A DNA stretch of 64,000 nt, taken from the IMG/VR virus record IMGVR_UViG_3300043787_000133, positions 3,667 to 67,666 of that record. One strand, written 5' to 3'. Position numbers and translations under genes: made by a program. A model generated the notes under the pieces. That model was not told the origin of the DNA, made no database searches, and saw only the letters and a list, made by a program, of their open reading frames with translations. Each line of letters starts with the position of its first letter. Positions within the stretch are counted from its first letter, which is position 1. Source of the DNA: a virus. Below, piece by piece: positions 1-7,879 of the stretch.

Positions 1-1203
1 GCCGGGCTGCGGACCACGTTCGGGACCGCCCGCCTGTCCTCGTCCCCGGGGCTGACCGCCCACGGGGCGCGCACGGCGGTCGCGAGGGCTCCGCTCGCCG
101 CCCAGGGGCAGCTAGCCGCCCAGGGGCAGGACCTTCCCGGCGCCCGGCTGAGCGCCTCCGCCTCCCTGGCCGGGCCGGCGGTGCTCAGCCGCACCGGGAA
201 GGCGCTGCTGTCCGGCGGGGCGAGGCTCACCGGGACGGCCCACGGCACCACCTTCCCGAAGGCCGCCTTCACCGCGCCCGGCGTCTTCACCCCGGTGCCC
301 AACGGCATCATCCAGGGCGCGTCGTCGCTCGCGGTGTCCCCGTCGCTGGCCGCGTCGGCGCTGACCAGGCCGAAGCTGCCGTTCCCGCTGCGGCCGAAGG
401 GGCAGCAGCCGACCTGGCAGCGGGACATCCAGCGGTTCGCGGTGGTGCAGGAGCGGCAGCGGCACGCCCAGGCGCTGTGGCAGTACGGGGAGCTGGTGGT
501 GTTCGCGCTGATGTGGCGTCCCCAGGACATCGACCTGGGGCTCGCGCAGCGGTGCACCCGCTGCTACGTCCCGGCGCAGGTGATCACCGACCTGCCCCCG
601 GAGACCCCGCCGCCGCTCGGCTGGGCGACCGCCTCCACCGAGGCGCAGATCTCCGCCGCCTACGGGCAGGGCAACCAGTTCCGCTGCACGCTGTGCTACG
701 GGACCATGATCATCTCGAACCGGGATGTTCAGTACCCCGGCTTGCGGGCGCTGATCGTCCGTCCGGCGATCCTGACCGACACCGACCAGAACCAGCAGCG
801 CAGCGCGAAGGGCGTGGTGAGCACCGGGCAGGTGGCGGTGCAGTCCACCCCGGACTTCCGGGTGCACACGCTCGACTACTTTTTCAGGGCCGACGGCCGC
901 CGCTACCAGCTCGCGGTCCCGGCGCGGACGACGCTGCGGACCGGGTTCGGCTCCCCGTGGCAGGCGTCGGCGGGCGTGAGCTACAACCTGTCCAGCGCGG
1001 TGCTGGAGGACCCGAGGGCGTCGGTGGCGTACGTGATCCCGCCAGCCGCCGCGCAGGTGGAGCAGGTGCTGGGCACCTACACCCGGGTTCCGGCTGACTA
1101 CGCCTGGTTCGAGCAGGTGAACGGGCCGCTGATTCCCGGGGAGGAGCCGTCCCCTGCTGCTTACGGGCGCCAGCAGCCGGACGCGGTGCTGCTGGGATCG
1201 TGA
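1..1203 (+). CDS. 5'-truncated virion protein: Ala/Gly-rich repeat region fused to a putative head-completion/neck-type domain
   Basis: Frame is open from base 1. N-part has AxLSGxxxL-type repeats like 26279-29071. C-part (ERQRHAQALWQYGE...CTRC...CTLCYGT) resembles Bxz1-type head-associated proteins. Confidence 0.6.
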   Translation, partial: AGLRTTFGTARLSSSPGLTAHGARTAVARAPLAAQGQLAAQGQDLPGARLSASASLAGPAVLSRTGKALLSGGARLTGTAHGTTFPKAAFTAPGVFTPVPNGIIQGASSLAVSPSLAASALTRPKLPFPLRPKGQQPTWQRDIQRFAVVQERQRHAQALWQYGELVVFALMWRPQDIDLGLAQRCTRCYVPAQVITDLPPETPPPLGWATASTEAQISAAYGQGNQFRCTLCYGTMIISNRDVQYPGLRALIVRPAILTDTDQNQQRSAKGVVSTGQVAVQSTPDFRVHTLDYFFRADGRRYQLAVPARTTLRTGFGSPWQASAGVSYNLSSAVLEDPRASVAYVIPPAAAQVEQVLGTYTRVPADYAWFEQVNGPLIPGEEPSPAAYGRQQPDAVLLGS

Positions 1204-1204
1204 A

Positions 1205-1234
1205 GAAGGCCAGGCCCGTGCGGGCCTGGCCTTC
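1205..1234. terminator. hairpin between convergent genes
   Basis: GAAGGCCAGGCCC-GTGC-GGGCCTGGCCTTC perfect 13-bp stem. Confidence 0.7.
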
Positions 1235-1249
1235 GGAGCAGGAGAGCGG

Positions 1250-1444
1250 CTAGCGGTCGAACTCTCCGTTGCGGACTCCGCCGAGGAAGGCGTCCCATTC
1301 GGCGGCGGTGAAGCGGAGGACCGGGCTGCCCTGGTCCTTGCTGTGGCGGACGTCGGTGCCGTCTGCCATGTGACGGACCTCGACGCAGTTGCCCTGGGCA
1401 CTGAGGCTGCTCTTGAACCACACACCTGTGGCGTTCTGTTCCAT
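1250..1444 (-). CDS. DUF397 family protein
   Basis: WFKSSxS..GNCVEV...VRHSK...L.FT..EW.AFL.GVR.GEFD signature. Confidence 0.9.
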   Translation of the reverse strand: MEQNATGVWFKSSLSAQGNCVEVRHMADGTDVRHSKDQGSPVLRFTAAEWDAFLGGVRNGEFDR

Positions 1445-1482
1445 AGTGTTCAGCTTACCGGCACGATATCCGGTTCTGCCTT

Positions 1483-1698
1483 TCAACGGTCGAAATCGCC
1501 GTTGCGGATGCCGCCGATGAAAGCGCTCCACTCCTCGGCGGTGAAGGTGAGCACGACATTGCGCCTGCGGCTGTTGCGGACCTGGGCTCCGCCGTCGGTG
1601 AGGAACTGCGCCTCAACGCAGTTGCCGTTCGCGAAGGAAAGCGACGACTTGAACCATCCGTCACGCGGTGTAGCGTTCTGATCCATATGTGTTACCAT
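1483..1698 (-). CDS. DUF397 family protein (second tandem copy)
   Basis: WFKSSLS..NGNCVEA...VRNSR...L.FT.EEW.AFI.GIR.GDFD. Confidence 0.9.
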   Translation of the reverse strand: MVTHMDQNATPRDGWFKSSLSFANGNCVEAQFLTDGGAQVRNSRRRNVVLTFTAEEWSAFIGGIRNGDFDR

Positions 1699-1760
1699 AC
1701 CCTTCGTGTCTCCGGTTCAGCGGCCCGGACTGGGGACGCGCTGGCAGGGGGAGGCCCCGC

Positions 1761-2027
1761 TCATTGAGGGACGGACGGGGCATCCTCCTGCGACCACACC
1801 CGGATCGCCTCGCGGATCTCCCCGTCGTCGGGGTCCCCGAGGGCCTCGGCGAGGTCGGCGGCCGACGGCGGGTTGTCCATCCCGGTGCCCATGCGGACGC
1901 TCAGGTCCGCCAGGCGCTCGCGGGTGATCTCCTTCTCGTTGAGTTCGCCGACGACGCGCTCCTTGGCCAGCCACAGGGCGCTGGTGAGCACCTTGCGCGC
2001 TTCATCTCTCTGCATTTTTCGCTGCAT
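1761..2027 (-). CDS. hypothetical protein, probably leaderless
   Basis: GC3-rich ORF; -10 TATGAT lies 6 nt before ATG 2027. Confidence 0.65.
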   Translation of the reverse strand: MQRKMQRDEARKVLTSALWLAKERVVGELNEKEITRERLADLSVRMGTGMDNPPSAADLAEALGDPDDGEIREAIRVWSQEDAPSVPQ

Positions 2028-2060
2028 GTTCCAATCATAAAGCGGCACTGTGATCCTGTC

Positions 2061-2069
2061 TGGTACCGT
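2061..2069 (+). promoter_or_regulatory. extended -10 promoter (TGG-TACCGT) for the tRNA-like RNA
   Basis: TGn-TAnnnT 7 nt before the first base of the long RNA stem. Confidence 0.55.
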
Positions 2070-2075
2070 ATGTCC

Positions 2076-2232
2076 CGAGCGAAAGCTGAGGTTCAGACTG
2101 AGGCTGACACGCCCGCATCAGTGAGAGGTGCCTGGTTCAAGTCCAGGGGGCGGCACAACGGGCCGCCCTAGCTCAGTGCAGAGCACTCGCAAGGGCATCA
2201 GGATCAAGCTGCGACGCTCAAAGCTCAAGCTC
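2076..2232 (+). ncRNA. circularly permuted tRNA-like RNA, module 1 (YrlA-like topology)
   Basis: T-arm CCTGG-TTCAAGT-CCAGG 2131-2147; acceptor GGGCGGC 2148-2154 pairs perfectly with GCCGCCC 2162-2168 across a 7-nt loop; TA then D-arm GCTC-AGTGCA-GAGC; GTGAG/CTCGC anticodon-type stem continued as a long irregular helix. Confidence 0.85.
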
Positions 2233-2256
2233 GCGCCAGCGCTCGCGGATCGACCT

Positions 2257-2362
2257 GGCACCTGACCCACGCGGGGAAATGCAGGTTCGATTCCTGCCGG
2301 GAGCGCCCCGTGCTCCCGTGGCCTAACGGACAAGGCACCTCTTGTGAAAGCTGACGGGTGCC
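2257..2362 (+). ncRNA. circularly permuted tRNA-like RNA, module 2
   Basis: T-arm GCAGG-TTCGATT-CCTGC 2281-2297; acceptor CGGGAGC 2298-2304 pairs perfectly with GCTCCCG 2312-2318 across a 7-nt loop; D-arm GCCT-AACGGACA-AGGC; closing stem GGCACCTG/CGGGTGCC. Confidence 0.85.
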
Positions 2363-2486
2363 CAACCGCCGCCGCGTTCCGTACCTGGCGTCGGAGACTC
2401 ATCTCATACATGAGCGACTCTGTAAAAGTCACAGGCCCGGCGTACATGGCAAAGGTGCGCCGGGCCGCCTTTACCCCGGAGGAAAG

Positions 2487-3245
2487 ATGCCGCAGACCCT
2501 CGGCCAGGTCATCGCCCTGGAGTCGGCCGCCCGCGCCGACGCCAACAAGCGACTCGGAGCGATCCACAAGAGCGCCCAGAAGGCCCCGCTCTTCAACGGC
2601 TTCGACAAGACGTACGCGCCGTTCTCCGAGACCGACGAGGAGGCGCGGACCGGGATCAGGCGGCTCCCGGCGGAGGGCAGCAACATCCAGCTCCGCGCCG
2701 AGGACCTCCTCGTCACCTTCCTGCGCGAGATGGGCACCGCCGTCAACCTGGCGCACCTCAAGGACACCGCGAACTGCGAGGCGAAGGCCGACGTCACCGT
2801 GGACGGCCAGCTCCTCCTGCCCCAGGTCCCGGCGACCCACCTGCTGCACATGGAGAAGGCGCTCGCCGACCTCGGCACGTTCATCGCGGCGCTCCCGGTG
2901 GAGGACCCGACCGAGGAGTGGCTCCCGCACACCGACGGGCTGCGGAAGACCGCCGAGACCTTCACCGTGCGCAACAGCGTCAAGAAGGTCCCCCTGGTGC
3001 TGCACGCCCCCACCGACAAGCACCCCGCCCAGGTGGCGGTGATCGAGGACACGGTGCCGGAAGGGCGCTGGACGACGGTCAAGTACACCGCCGCCCTCAC
3101 CCCGGGCCGCAAGCGCGAACTGGAGCGCCGCGTCTCTGCGCTCCGCGACGCCTTCAAGGTCGCCCGCGAGGCGGCCAACCGGATGGAGGTCCCAAACGGC
3201 CGTCTCGACGAGGGCGCGCTGCTGATGGACTATCTTCTGGGATAG
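2487..3245 (+). CDS. conserved uncharacterised protein (DUF7873-like, from memory)
   Basis: RBS GGAGGAA; motifs L.QVIA.E, KTY.P, KD.ANC.A.ADV.VDG, TDKHPAQV, G.WTTVK, K.ARE.AN. Confidence 0.8.
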   Translation: MPQTLGQVIALESAARADANKRLGAIHKSAQKAPLFNGFDKTYAPFSETDEEARTGIRRLPAEGSNIQLRAEDLLVTFLREMGTAVNLAHLKDTANCEAKADVTVDGQLLLPQVPATHLLHMEKALADLGTFIAALPVEDPTEEWLPHTDGLRKTAETFTVRNSVKKVPLVLHAPTDKHPAQVAVIEDTVPEGRWTTVKYTAALTPGRKRELERRVSALRDAFKVAREAANRMEVPNGRLDEGALLMDYLLG

Positions 3246-3263
3246 GAACCCGCATTCCGCGAG

Positions 3264-3296
3264 GACCCCGGCGGCCAGGCCCCGCCGGGGTTTCTT
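3264..3296 (+). terminator. intrinsic terminator
   Basis: ACCCCGGCGG...CCGCCGGGGT followed by TTCTT. Confidence 0.75.
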
Positions 3297-3343
3297 GCGT
3301 CCGGGGCCGGACAAGGGCGCGCGGTGCGACGTCACAGGTAAGT

Positions 3344-3619
3344 GTGAGCGACGATCCGTTCCCGGGGCGCGACGAGGTGGACTGGTCGGTCCTGAAGGAC
3401 CTGGCCGACCGGGACCACCCGCTGGTGAACAACTCCTGGCAGCCGCCCGACCCGGACACCCACTACTCCGCCGAGATGTTCTACGAGGCGAAGAACGTCC
3501 ACCACCTGCTCGACATGGCCGGGGTGCCGCACGGCTACAGCATGGACACCAGGAGCATCGACTGCCGGGTGCTGCTGCTGGTCATGGCGTTCAACCGGCT
3601 GCGCGGGGCTACGGGGTAG
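3344..3619 (+). CDS. hypothetical protein
   Basis: GC3-rich 3' part of ORF 2918-3619, GTG start after the terminator. Confidence 0.6.
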   Translation: MSDDPFPGRDEVDWSVLKDLADRDHPLVNNSWQPPDPDTHYSAEMFYEAKNVHHLLDMAGVPHGYSMDTRSIDCRVLLLVMAFNRLRGATG

Positions 3620-3875
3620 GCTCCTCGCAGATCGTGCAGCCGAGCGAGTGCTCGCAGGCACCCGGGGCGGCGTGGATGTGCCGGACCGAGTAGGCGCTCT
3701 CGTCGTAGTTGGCGATCACGCAGACCAGGCCCTCCATCGCGAGGGCGGCGACCGCCGTGCGCACGGTGATCCGGGGGATGCCGGCCCTGGCGGCGAGCTG
3801 CTTGACGGTCACCGTGCAGGGTCCCTCCGCGCGCAGGGCCGCGAGGACCGTGGCGTCGCTGTCTGGTCCGATCAT
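3609..3875 (-). CDS. small winged-HTH-like protein
   Basis: VKQLAARAGIPRITVRTAVAAL..EGLV; RBS GAGG. Confidence 0.6.
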   Translation of the reverse strand: MIGPDSDATVLAALRAEGPCTVTVKQLAARAGIPRITVRTAVAALAMEGLVCVIANYDESAYSVRHIHAAPGACEHSLGCTICEEPTP

Positions 3876-4054
3876 CTTCCCTCCTCTGCTGCTTCCGGGC
3901 ACTCGTGCTCGCCGATTCCCGACAGGGCCACCAGGCCGCCGCACGCCTCGTGCTGGAGCAGGGGACCCCGCACCGAGTGCGGCCCGCTGGCGAACCGGAG
4001 CGTCACGGTCACGGTTCCTGCGGGCCGGTACCCGGCCGGGGTCTCGTCTGGCAC
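3872..4054 (-). CDS. hypothetical protein
   Basis: ORF with stop/start overlap to next gene. Confidence 0.45.
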   Translation of the reverse strand: MPDETPAGYRPAGTVTVTLRFASGPHSVRGPLLQHEACGGLVALSGIGEHECPEAAEEGR

Positions 4055-4063
4055 ACGTGGAAG

Positions 4064-5119
4064 CTACCGCATCACCAGGAGGCGGGTACCCGGAAAGAGG
4101 TTACGGTTGACCGACGTGCTCTGGAAGAAGATCGTGCAGCCCGGCTTGCGGGCCGGCTGGACGGTCACCTCGTAGTCGGGGAGGCCGAGCACCTGCCGGG
4201 CGGCGTCGCCCGTGTAGAAGCACCTTCCCTGCTCGACGATGACCTCCTTGTAGGACTGGACCTTCACCTTCTCGGTGAGCTGGTAGAAGGCGTTCCCGTC
4301 CTTCGCCACGTAGGTCATCCCCGCCGCTTCGACGAACTCGCGGATCGGGGTCTTCTCCGTGACGTGCAGGACCACGTAGGTGTCCGGCGCGAGGGGCTCC
4401 AGGGCGGAGGTGACCTCGGCGGCGGTGAAGTCGCGGACCTTGAACAGCCCCCCGGCGTGCCCGGACTTGGCGTTGAAGCCCCGGATGCCCTGCTGGCGGC
4501 CCTCCATGAAGACGTCGGAGGCGTCCCGCAGGACCTCGCCCATGCGCTCCACGCCCTGGGCGGAGGTCGTGTCCCAGACCGAGATGTTCTCGGCCGGGAA
4601 GCCGTGGCCCTTGGCCTCGAACACGCCGTGCTGGTCGGGCACGAAGCAGGCGAACGTCTGGTTCACCGGAGCCCCGGTGATGGCGCGGCGCAGGTCCGGC
4701 GCCCGGTGCCGAAGGCTGTCGTTCTCCAGTCCGTCGGTGATATCGACGACCATGACGGCGTGGTCGCCGTACTTCTGGGAGACCTCGCTGTTGACGTCCT
4801 CGATCGCCAGCATGGTGGCGTCGATCAGGGCGGTCCTGCCGTAATACTGCGGGGCGTAGAACCGGGCGATGGACGGCATGCGCAGCACGTCCTTGTCCCA
4901 GATGACGCACTGCTCGGAGCCGGCCTCGGCGAAGAGGTAGGCGGAGATCCTCGTCTCCTGGTCCATCTCCTTGGACCGGACGGCGAGGTGGGCGACGAAG
5001 TTGTCGAAGACCCTGATGAACGCGGCCTTGTGCTTCCCCATCGAGGGCGACATGTCCCCGACGATGAAGATGTGGTTGATGTAGTTGGCCGAGTGGCCGG
5101 CCTGCTGGGGAACTCGCAT
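4064..5119 (-). CDS. von Willebrand factor A (vWA) domain protein
   Basis: MIDAS DxSxS (DMSPSM), GRTALIDA, ITDGLENDS; leaderless (-10 TATGGT, 6 nt, ATG). Confidence 0.85.
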   Translation of the reverse strand: MRVPQQAGHSANYINHIFIVGDMSPSMGKHKAAFIRVFDNFVAHLAVRSKEMDQETRISAYLFAEAGSEQCVIWDKDVLRMPSIARFYAPQYYGRTALIDATMLAIEDVNSEVSQKYGDHAVMVVDITDGLENDSLRHRAPDLRRAITGAPVNQTFACFVPDQHGVFEAKGHGFPAENISVWDTTSAQGVERMGEVLRDASDVFMEGRQQGIRGFNAKSGHAGGLFKVRDFTAAEVTSALEPLAPDTYVVLHVTEKTPIREFVEAAGMTYVAKDGNAFYQLTEKVKVQSYKEVIVEQGRCFYTGDAARQVLGLPDYEVTVQPARKPGCTIFFQSTSVNRNLFPGTRLLVMR

Positions 5120-5155
5120 AGTTAAACCATAGCGCCAGGGTCTGACATTCTAGGT

Positions 5156-5172
5156 TGTCAGGAAAACCTGTA
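5156..5172 (-). promoter_or_regulatory. 17-bp phage motif, variant copy
   Basis: TACAGGTTTTCCTGACA; overlaps inverted repeat CTGACA-N8-TGTCAG. Confidence 0.55.
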
Positions 5173-5199
5173 ACCTACAGGTCGGACGGGTTTGGGCGG

Positions 5200-5424
5200 T
5201 CACCGCCGTGCCGCCCTCGCCAGCTCCTCCGGGGTGTACTCGCCGCACATGGCGAGGATATCGTTCGCCAGGTCCCACAGCGCGTGAATCGTGCCGAGGG
5301 TAAGGGGAGCGCGGTAGACGTCGGCGAGCTGGCAGACGTCAACGGCCGCCGGCAGTCCGGGGTAGCAGCCGAGGTAGTTGCCTGCCTCGGCGACGGCGCG
5401 CTTCAGGTCCGGTTTAGTATCCAC
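5200..5424 (-). CDS. hypothetical protein
   Basis: GTG 7 nt after -10 TAACCT of a motif promoter. Confidence 0.65.
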   Translation of the reverse strand: MDTKPDLKRAVAEAGNYLGCYPGLPAAVDVCQLADVYRAPLTLGTIHALWDLANDILAMCGEYTPEELARAARR

Positions 5425-5435
5425 GTCACCCAGGT

Positions 5436-5452
5436 TATCAAGAAAAGCTGTA
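5436..5452 (-). promoter_or_regulatory. 17-bp phage motif in promoter
   Basis: exact TACAGCTTTTCTTGATA running into -10 TAACCT. Confidence 0.85.
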
Positions 5453-5505
5453 GTAGCGAATGGATCACCCGGAGCTGGTGCCCGGTGCTTCCCTGGCGGC
5501 CGTTA

Positions 5506-5757
5506 TCACTCATCGGTGATCAGCCGGCCCAGCTTTTCCATGGCGCGCCGGGTGCCCGCCCGGACCTTGGCCTCGTCGACCGGCAGGGCCACCCGCTGCA
5601 TGGCCCAGCGGCCCTGCGCCTGGAGGTAGACAAAGCACTCAAGGGCGGCGCCGTCCTTGCTGAACAGGCAGGTGTAGCCGATGTCCTCGCCGTCGGCCCA
5701 CTTGTCCACCTCGGTGGCCGCCCACTCGCCGCCCCTGGCCTGCACGTCGTACGTCAT
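5506..5757 (-). CDS. hypothetical protein
   Basis: RBS AAGGGAG, ATGA overlap with upstream gene. Confidence 0.65.
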   Translation of the reverse strand: MTYDVQARGGEWAATEVDKWADGEDIGYTCLFSKDGAALECFVYLQAQGRWAMQRVALPVDEAKVRAGTRRAMEKLGRLITDE

Positions 5758-6032
5758 CGCCGCTCCCTTACGTGATAAGTCCGCACCCGGTGCCACCAGT
5801 GCCCCGAGGCGGTCATCGTCAGAAGGTAGTTCCCGGCGCTCGTGTCGACGGGCATCTCGTCGCCGTCCTTCATGCTGTCCACCACGTAGCTGATCGCCCA
5901 GGCGGCCGACATCCCCCAGGTGAAGGTGGTCGGCCCGATGCTGCCGAGCAGCCAGGCGATCACCTCTTCCCGGGTCATGTACGGGGCCGGGTCCCGCTCG
6001 AAGAAGGTAACGCGGGTCCGCACGGCCCTCAC
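5754..6032 (-). CDS. hypothetical protein
   Basis: GTGA-coupled small ORF, GC3-rich. Confidence 0.55.
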   Translation of the reverse strand: MRAVRTRVTFFERDPAPYMTREEVIAWLLGSIGPTTFTWGMSAAWAISYVVDSMKDGDEMPVDTSAGNYLLTMTASGHWWHRVRTYHVRERR

Positions 6033-6310
6033 CCGTTCTGCGCGAGGACGGTGCAGTCCCGGTGCGTGACGATGACGGCCTGGTCGATAGTCTCGCCGCC
6101 GATGACGTCGCACGCGTCGTGCCGCACCAGCTTCCACTGGCCGGACTCGTAGTGGGCTGGCACCAGGATGTCGATCTCCGGGCTGTCCGGCAGCTCGAAC
6201 TCCTGGATCTCGCCGAACACGTCCTGGCCGCACGCCAGCTCCAGGGCCACGCCCCCGGCGGCCCAGCGAGTGATCAGGGCGGCCAGCTCCTCTGCTTCCC
6301 CGGGTGTCAT
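6029..6310 (-). CDS. hypothetical protein
   Basis: coupled ORF, acidic. Confidence 0.65.
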   Translation of the reverse strand: MTPGEAEELAALITRWAAGGVALELACGQDVFGEIQEFELPDSPEIDILVPAHYESGQWKLVRHDACDVIGGETIDQAVIVTHRDCTVLAQNG

Positions 6311-6615
6311 GACGAGACCTCTTCTCTGATGCCGTCCAGTACCCGGTGCAGCAGCGGGAAATCCGCCGCGCTGCCCAGGCCGTGACCGTCCCCGTCCGCT
6401 TCAACCGCTTTCAGGATTTCCCGGCCGAGAGAGTGCTGCCACCCGGTGTCGTCAGGCGACTGGAACGCCAGCAGCGCCCGCAGCAGGTCACGCAGCGCGC
6501 CCAGGTTGCCGCAGCACGGCGGGACCTCCGACTCCTGGCCCTCGCTGGCCAGGTGCAGCCACTCGTCGGCGGTCAGCCCGTACAGCCAGCGGCGCGGCTC
6601 GGTTGTCTCGGGCAC
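6307..6615 (-). CDS. hypothetical protein
   Basis: coupled ORF in small-gene operon. Confidence 0.6.
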   Translation of the reverse strand: MPETTEPRRWLYGLTADEWLHLASEGQESEVPPCCGNLGALRDLLRALLAFQSPDDTGWQHSLGREILKAVEADGDGHGLGSAADFPLLHRVLDGIREEVSS

Positions 6616-6617
6616 GG

Positions 6618-6821
6618 TCAGCAGCTCCCGAACCAGGTGGAGTAGAAGCCCATGCCGTCGCTGTCCGGGTAGAAGTGCAGCCCTTCCAGCCGGGCCAGGT
6701 CGGCCGGGGAGACGAGCCCGGGGTCTACGCAGACCTGGAGCAGGTCGTGCGTGCAGTTGGTGGGCTGCTCCGGGTTGGCGTACTTGCGCATGATGGTCAG
6801 CGCCTCGATCAGTTCGTTCAT
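6618..6821 (-). CDS. hypothetical protein (TNCTHD...FGSC)
   Basis: TGATG-coupled ORF. Confidence 0.7.
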   Translation of the reverse strand: MNELIEALTIMRKYANPEQPTNCTHDLLQVCVDPGLVSPADLARLEGLHFYPDSDGMGFYSTWFGSC

Positions 6822-7030
6822 CAGCCCTGGTCCGCTTCCGCCAGCGGGACCAGCCGCCAGGACCGGACCGTGGTCTTCAGGCTGTCATCGGCCGTGACCT
6901 CCTGGACCGTCACGGTCAGGGTGCTTCCGTCGGCCTGGTAGTGGTAGTAGCCGCCGCGCTCGCCGACGTCCTCGCTGAAGTCGCTGCTGCTGTCCTCCGC
7001 CACGAGGCGGAGAACCTCTTCATCTGTCAT
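6821..7030 (-). CDS. hypothetical protein, leaderless first gene of operon
   Basis: ATG 6 nt after -10 TAAGCT. Confidence 0.7.
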   Translation of the reverse strand: MTDEEVLRLVAEDSSSDFSEDVGERGGYYHYQADGSTLTVTVQEVTADDSLKTTVRSWRLVPLAEADQG

Positions 7031-7040
7031 GACAGCAGCT

Positions 7041-7057
7041 TATCAAGAAAAGCTGTA
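7041..7057 (-). promoter_or_regulatory. 17-bp phage motif in promoter
   Basis: exact motif running into -10 TAAGCT. Confidence 0.85.
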
Positions 7058-7061
7058 ATGC

Positions 7062-7088
7062 AAAAGCCCCCGGCCGGAGCCGGGGGCC
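7062..7088 (-). terminator. intrinsic terminator of the capsid operon
   Basis: GCCCCCGGC-TCCG-GCCGGGGGC-TTTT on minus strand. Confidence 0.85.
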
Positions 7089-7105
7089 AGAGCAGGAGAA
7101 GCAGG

Positions 7106-7879
7106 TCAGGACTTGGTGATGCTGGCCAGGGTCCAGCTCTCGCTGGTGGCCATGAAGTCAAGCTGACGCCTCAGATCGCCCTCATTCGCCCGCAGGCCGA
7201 GGAACTTCAGGTCTTCGCGGCCGAGCAGGGCGAGCCTCCGGCCTCCCTCGCGCCAGGCCGCCCACCGGGGAGGGTCTTCAGGGCCGGCGACGCCCTTGGT
7301 CTCCACCCAGGCGTCCATGTCCGGGAGGTAGAAGTCCGGGCAGTACCAGCCGTTGTCTCCGACGGCCACGGCCAGCGTGCGGTCGGCCCGCTCTACCGGG
7401 ATCTTCCACAGCCGCATCAGGCCGTAGAAGAACGCCTCGTACGGGGAGTCGAGCACTACGGCGTCCTCGACGACGATGTGCTGCTTGGTCCGGTTGTGCT
7501 TGGCTGAGCACTCGTTCGAGCAGTACTTCTGGTGGTTGCTGTACTTCTTAAGGCGAGTGACTTCCTTGCCACAATTTAGGCAGTCGAAGGTGATGTAGTT
7601 CGCTGGGTCCTTCGCCCGGAACGATCCGTATTCGACGCGGTGCTCCCACGAGCAGTACTTCTGGCCCTTGACGCCGGTCTTCTTGCCGCACGGGCATCGG
7701 TCGGCTGGCTTGTCTTCGTCCGGGTAGGCCAGCAGACCCTCCCGGTCTAGGGCGACCCTTAGCCTGTACCAGTCCAGGTGGATGCCCTTGACGATGGCGT
7801 CGAGCGTTGCTCCGTCGCGGTACATCTGGCAGGCGAGCTGCTGCTTCCTGCTGTTGTTGTCGTATCGATTACCCTGCAT
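7106..7879 (-). CDS. free-standing homing-type endonuclease (Cys-rich Zn fingers plus PD-(D/E)xK domain)
   Basis: CPCG..KYCS, CLNCG..KYCSNEC, DSPYE, YCPDFYLP...WVETKG; C-terminus duplicates the capsid C-terminus. Confidence 0.8.
   Translation of the reverse strand: MQGNRYDNNSRKQQLACQMYRDGATLDAIVKGIHLDWYRLRVALDREGLLAYPDEDKPADRCPCGKKTGVKGQKYCSWEHRVEYGSFRAKDPANYITFDCLNCGKEVTRLKKYSNHQKYCSNECSAKHNRTKQHIVVEDAVVLDSPYEAFFYGLMRLWKIPVERADRTLAVAVGDNGWYCPDFYLPDMDAWVETKGVAGPEDPPRWAAWREGGRRLALLGREDLKFLGLRANEGDLRRQLDFMATSESWTLASITKS

Noticed and set aside
2162-2307. A single conventional tRNA with an intron (5' half of module 1 plus 3' half of module 2)
   Set aside because: Acceptor GCCGCCC versus CGGGAGC has three mismatches, whereas the permuted pairings are perfect; no anticodon loop or CCA
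2076-2470. Two-piece (permuted) tmRNA
   Set aside because: Full D-arms are present, there is no alanine G3-U70 acceptor identity or CCA, and no tag ORF was seen
5436-5452. 17-bp motif as host LexA box or PafBC (RecA-NDp) promoter
   Set aside because: No GAAC-N4-GTTC; does not match TGTCGG-N10-TA in sequence or spacing, and occurs in both orientations
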